Translations under genes and position numbers: made by a program | Part shown: positions 60,613 to 64,000 of the stretch, in pieces | Numbering within the stretch: position 1 is the first letter of the stretch | Layout of the letters: every line of letters starts with the position of its first letter | Assembly (NCBI GenBank): GCA_963778655.1 | Contig: CAVZVA010000010.1 | Span: forward strand, 288,001-352,000 | Reading direction: 5' to 3' | Source: an uncultured delta proteobacterium | GTDB taxonomy: Bacteria; Myxococcota_A; Polyangia; Polyangiales; JAFGIB01 | DNA: 64,000 nt | The notes under the pieces: model-generated | Told to the model about the DNA's origin: nothing | Seen by the model: only the letters and a program-made list of their open reading frames with translations | Databases searched by the model: none

Positions 60613-61896
60613 ATGGGACCGCGCCCGCGTCCCCGGCGCGCGCTCTCCAATCGCGGCGGGCCGATCGCGCTGCGCGGCGATTCCGACGCCGCGCGACTGC
60701 TGCAAGCGGCCTGGCGCGCAGCCGAAGCCGAGCCCTTTGCCGAGGACGCGCTCACGCACGGCTTTCACAGCTATCCGGCGCGCATGCACCCGGCGCTCGC
60801 CCGCGCGCTGATCGCAGGCTTGAGCCAGCCAGGCGGGCGCGTGCTCGATCCGTTCTGCGGCAGCGGGACGGTGTTGATCGAGGCCATGCGGCTGGGGCGC
60901 ACGGCGGTGGGCGTGGACCTGAGCCCGCTCGCGGTGCGCGTGGCCGAGGTCGGCTGTGAGCTGCGCAGCCCGGCCGAACGGCAGCGCTTCGAGCTGGCGC
61001 TGCAGCAAGTGGCGGCAGCCTCGCTTTCACGGGTGCGGGCGCGGACCAAGGCGCGCGCACCGCTCTCCGCCGCGCAGCGCGCCACTTACGAGCCGCACGT
61101 GTTGCTCGAGCTGGCCGGCCTGCTGGAGGAGATCCGCCGCGTGCAGCCTGAAGCCGACGCGCGCGCGCTCGAGCTGGTGTTTTCGACGCTGCTGGTGAAG
61201 TTCTCGCGCACCCGTGCGGACACCGCCGCGCGGCCGGCCGACAAACGCATTCGCAAGGGGCTGGCCAGCGAGTTCTTTCTGCGCAAGGGCCAGGAGCTGG
61301 TGCACCGCTGGGAGGCGTTGGTGGCGGCCTTGCCCGGCGCCGGGCGAGGGTCGGGGCCCGATGCGGGGCCGCGCACGCCGCGGGCCGTTCTCGGCGACGC
61401 GCGCGAGCTGCCGCGCCTGCTTGCGGGCGAGCCGCCCTTCGCGCTGGTGGTCAGCTCGCCGCCGTACGGCGGCACCTACGACTACCAGGCCCACCACGCC
61501 TTGCGTTGCGCGTGGCTGGGGCTGCCCACGCGCGCGGCCGAGCGCGGCGAGATCGGCGCGCGCAGGCATCTGAGCCGCGGCGCGGGTCCCGCGCGTGCGG
61601 CGCTGGCGCGCTGGGATCGCGAGCTCGGCGCCGCGCTGCGCGCGATCGGGGCGGTGTGCGAGCCGGACGCCTCGATCGCGCTGGTGATGGGCGACGCGCA
61701 GATCGCGGGCGTGCGCATCGACGCCGCCGAGCAGCTGGCACGACTCGCGCCGCAGGCGGGCCTGCGCCCGCTGGCCGTAGCCTCGCAGCCCCGAGCGGAC
61801 TACCACCGCGGCCCTGCACGCATGGAGCACATCGTGCTGATGCAGCCGTGCCATGACCGAGCAGGCTGGCATCCGGAGACTGGTCTTTCGGATTGA
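60613..61896 (+). CDS. Orphan amino-methyltransferase, alpha-class N4-C/N6-A DNA methylase-like
   Basis: THGFHSYPARM, motif I LDPFCGSGT, later GDAR and motif IV SSPPY. Starts 1 nt after the previous gene. Confidence 0.8.
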   Translation: MGPRPRPRRALSNRGGPIALRGDSDAARLLQAAWRAAEAEPFAEDALTHGFHSYPARMHPALARALIAGLSQPGGRVLDPFCGSGTVLIEAMRLGRTAVGVDLSPLAVRVAEVGCELRSPAERQRFELALQQVAAASLSRVRARTKARAPLSAAQRATYEPHVLLELAGLLEEIRRVQPEADARALELVFSTLLVKFSRTRADTAARPADKRIRKGLASEFFLRKGQELVHRWEALVAALPGAGRGSGPDAGPRTPRAVLGDARELPRLLAGEPPFALVVSSPPYGGTYDYQAHHALRCAWLGLPTRAAERGEIGARRHLSRGAGPARAALARWDRELGAALRAIGAVCEPDASIALVMGDAQIAGVRIDAAEQLARLAPQAGLRPLAVASQPRADYHRGPARMEHIVLMQPCHDRAGWHPETGLSD

Positions 61897-61960
61897 CAGG
61901 GAGGCGGGCAGTCGGATCAGAGGTTCTTCGATCTTCCCGTCTTGCCGCCTTCCTGTTGAA
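61893..61960. repeat. REP-like palindrome, copy 4
   Basis: TTGACAGGGAGGCGGGCAG...CTTCCCGTCTTGCCGCCTTCCTGTTGAA; overlaps the methyltransferase stop codon. Confidence 0.7.
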
Positions 61961-62079
61961 TCTTCAGAACAGCCACTCTCGATCGGAACGGCGACGCGCA
62001 GGCGATCGTGACGGCGTCAAATTTCTCGCGCCGCAGCGGCTTTTTTGACCCTGATTGCGGTAGCCCCGATCGTTGCTGC

Positions 62080-63057
62080 GTGAGCGCGGATGAGCGTGGG
62101 GAGCTGCGGGGGCAAGTGCTGGACGGGCGCTACCGCATCGGCCGTCGCGTGGGCCTGGGCGGCACCGGCGTGGTGTTCGAAGCGCTGTGCCTGCAGGACG
62201 GCGGGCGTCTGGCAGTCAAGACGCTGCGGCCCTGCTTCGTGAGCCATCCCGACCTCGGGCGGCGGTTGCGGCGCGAGGCCGAGGTCGCGCGGCGGGTACG
62301 CCATCCGGGCATCGTGCCGGTGCTCGACGAAGGTCTGATCGGGGACGGAACGCCCTACCTGGTGATGCCGCTGCTGCAAGGCGAGAGCCTGGCGCGCGTG
62401 CTGCTGCGGGCGCGGACCCTGCCTGCCGGTCAGGTGCACGCGATCGCCAGCCGCGTGGCGGCGATCTTGCACAGCGCCCATTGCGCCGGCTACGTGCACC
62501 GCGACGTCAAGCCCGAGCACGTGCTGCTCGACCTGAGCCCGAGCGGCGAGCTGCTGGTCTCGCTGCTCGACTTCGGCGTGTGCAGCGCCAAGGACGCGCC
62601 GCCCGAGGAGCGCCAGCGCGAGAAGGGCAAGGTGTTCGGCACGCCGAGCTACGTCTCGCCCGAGCAGGCCGCGGGCGAGACCGACGTGGACGCGCGCGCA
62701 GACCTGTTCTCGCTGGGGGTGCTGATGTTCGAGGCGCTCACCGGCAGACTGCCGTTCAGCGCGCCGAGCGTGTCGAAGCTGCTGCTGCGCATCATCCGCG
62801 AGGACGCACCGCGCGTGCGCGACGCCCTGCCCGAGATCGACCAAGCCACCGACGACCTGGTCGCACGCCTGCTCGCCCGCCACAAGCAGGACCGCTTCCC
62901 GTCCGCACGCGCGCTGGCACGAGCGCTCGCGCCCCATGTCGGCGAACGTGCGCTGATCGAGGCGCGCGTAGCACGCGAATTGCGGGTGGCCATCCCCAGC
63001 CGCGACGCTTCGATCTCCGACATGCCGACGAAGGTGCCGGTCCCGCGGGTGGCTTAA
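62080..63057 (+). CDS. Hanks-type Ser/Thr protein kinase, stand-alone cytoplasmic domain
   Basis: GLGGTGVV, AVK, HRDVKPEH, DFG, GTPSYVSPE, DLFSLG. Start approximate. Confidence 0.9.
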   Translation: MSADERGELRGQVLDGRYRIGRRVGLGGTGVVFEALCLQDGGRLAVKTLRPCFVSHPDLGRRLRREAEVARRVRHPGIVPVLDEGLIGDGTPYLVMPLLQGESLARVLLRARTLPAGQVHAIASRVAAILHSAHCAGYVHRDVKPEHVLLDLSPSGELLVSLLDFGVCSAKDAPPEERQREKGKVFGTPSYVSPEQAAGETDVDARADLFSLGVLMFEALTGRLPFSAPSVSKLLLRIIREDAPRVRDALPEIDQATDDLVARLLARHKQDRFPSARALARALAPHVGERALIEARVARELRVAIPSRDASISDMPTKVPVPRVA

Positions 63058-63101
63058 GTTAACGGGAGGGTCACGCGACCCTCCCGCCCCGCCGGCAAAG
63101 C

Positions 63102-63328
63102 CGTCGGGGCCCCACCCTCCCGCGTGGGTCGCTGCGCTCCCGCATCCTCGCTCCCGCGTGCGCTCACGTCGGGGCCCCACCCTCCCGCGTGGGTCGCTGC
63201 GCTCCCGCATCCTCGCTCCCGCGTGCGCTCACGTCGGGGCCCCACCCTCCCGCGTGGGTCGCTGCGCTCCCGCATCCTCGCTCCCGCGTGCGCTCACGTC
63301 GGGGCCCCACCCTCCCGCGTGGGTCGCT
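63102..63328. repeat. 65-bp perfect tandem repeat, about 3.5 copies
   Basis: Unit GTCGGGGCCCCACCCTCCCGCGTGGGTCGCT... starts at 63103, 63168, 63233 and 63298. Preceded by a 10-bp hairpin at 63063-63086. Confidence 0.93.
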
Positions 63329-63395
63329 TGCTTGCGCTCTCTGCGCGGCAGACGGTACGATTGCGAACGCCCTCGCAGTCGACGGCGCGCCGAGC

Positions 63396-64000
63396 ATGCT
63401 CAACGACCTCCTGCAGAGCAAGAACGCGCCGGCCGCGTTGATCCTGGCGCTCGTCGGCGTCCTGCTGGCGGTGGTGCTGCCGGCGCTCACCCCCTTTCCG
63501 GGCTGGGCCGCGGGCTTCGTCGGGCTGACGATGGGCGCGATCGCGGGGGTGCTGGGCATGCAGGGACGCGGCGCCAACCGCGACGAGCTGCTGGCGATCC
63601 GCACCGGGGTCAAGGCCGCGCAGCGCGGCGAGCGCGCCTCCCGCCCGGCCGGCATCTCGCATGACGTGGCCGAGGTGTTCAACGCCAGCGACGACCTGGC
63701 GGCCGAGATCGAGGGCCGCCATCAGCGAGCCAAGGAGACCGAGGCTGCAGTCGAACGGCTCAAGCTTGAGCTCGAGCAGCGCACCGACCAGCTCGGCGGA
63801 CTGAGCCAGGAGCTCGGGCGGGTGATGGACGCGCTGGCGTCGGGGCTGGTCGATCAGGCCGCCTCGATCGAACAGGTGGCCGGCTCGATGCAGAAGACGG
63901 CGAGCGTGCTGGCGTCGGTGTCGGAGAGCGTGGAGCAGCTCGCGAACAGCTCGGAGGAGAGCTCGTCCTCGATCCTGCAGATGAAGACCACCAGCGACGA
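63396..64000 (+). CDS. Methyl-accepting chemotaxis protein, N-terminal part (runs off the window)
   Basis: Manual translation MLNDLLQSKNAP... gives two TM helices, then a coiled coil with 'QAASIEQVAGSM' and 'SSEESSSSILQM' methylation-helix-like heptads. The signalling tip is not in the window. Confidence 0.7.
   Translation, partial: MLNDLLQSKNAPAALILALVGVLLAVVLPALTPFPGWAAGFVGLTMGAIAGVLGMQGRGANRDELLAIRTGVKAAQRGERASRPAGISHDVAEVFNASDDLAAEIEGRHQRAKETEAAVERLKLELEQRTDQLGGLSQELGRVMDALASGLVDQAASIEQVAGSMQKTASVLASVSESVEQLANSSEESSSSILQMKTTSD

Noticed and set aside
60613..63057. Methylase + kinase as a BREX/Pgl or restriction-modification defence system
   Set aside because: No PglZ, ATPase, nuclease or specificity subunit is present, and the kinase is an ordinary short Hanks type.
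63102..63328. Possible CRISPR array
   Set aside because: Units are identical end to end with no unique spacers, and there are no cas genes in the window.

Overview
A very GC-rich bacterial chromosome segment, most likely from Myxococcota (Polyangiales/Sandaracinus-like). The assignment is inferred from a MYXO-CTERM protein, many Cys-rich/EGF and VWA lipoproteins with 'DAG' linkers, an FHA-GAF sigma-54 activator and a Hanks kinase. About 45 genes are supported. Housekeeping genes include lnt, a PPK2-type pap, B12-dependent nrdJ with NrdR boxes, amtB, tolQRAB and elongator tRNA-Met. The rest are mainly secreted or surface proteins and hydrolases. I found no prophage, CRISPR array, transposase or recognisable defence system. 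The most unusual signals are non-coding. (1) A 197-bp hairpin MITE with a TCCA target duplication inserted inside the ATG of an apparently leaderless glycosyltransferase gene, rebuilding a GTG start, an SD-like site and a uORF. (2) A related MITE with different ends at 47.3 kb. (3) A 4-copy REP-like palindrome family, a multi-hairpin array and a 65-bp tandem repeat. (4) A sigma-54 activator with -24/-12 sites in front of itself and of its downstream lipoprotein genes. The best candidate for an uncharacterised protein system is an operon pairing a Tat-lipoprotein amidohydrolase with a pentaheme c-type cytochrome lipoprotein. Four genes are disrupted. All family assignments come from motifs read by eye; no database search was run, and start codons are best guesses.
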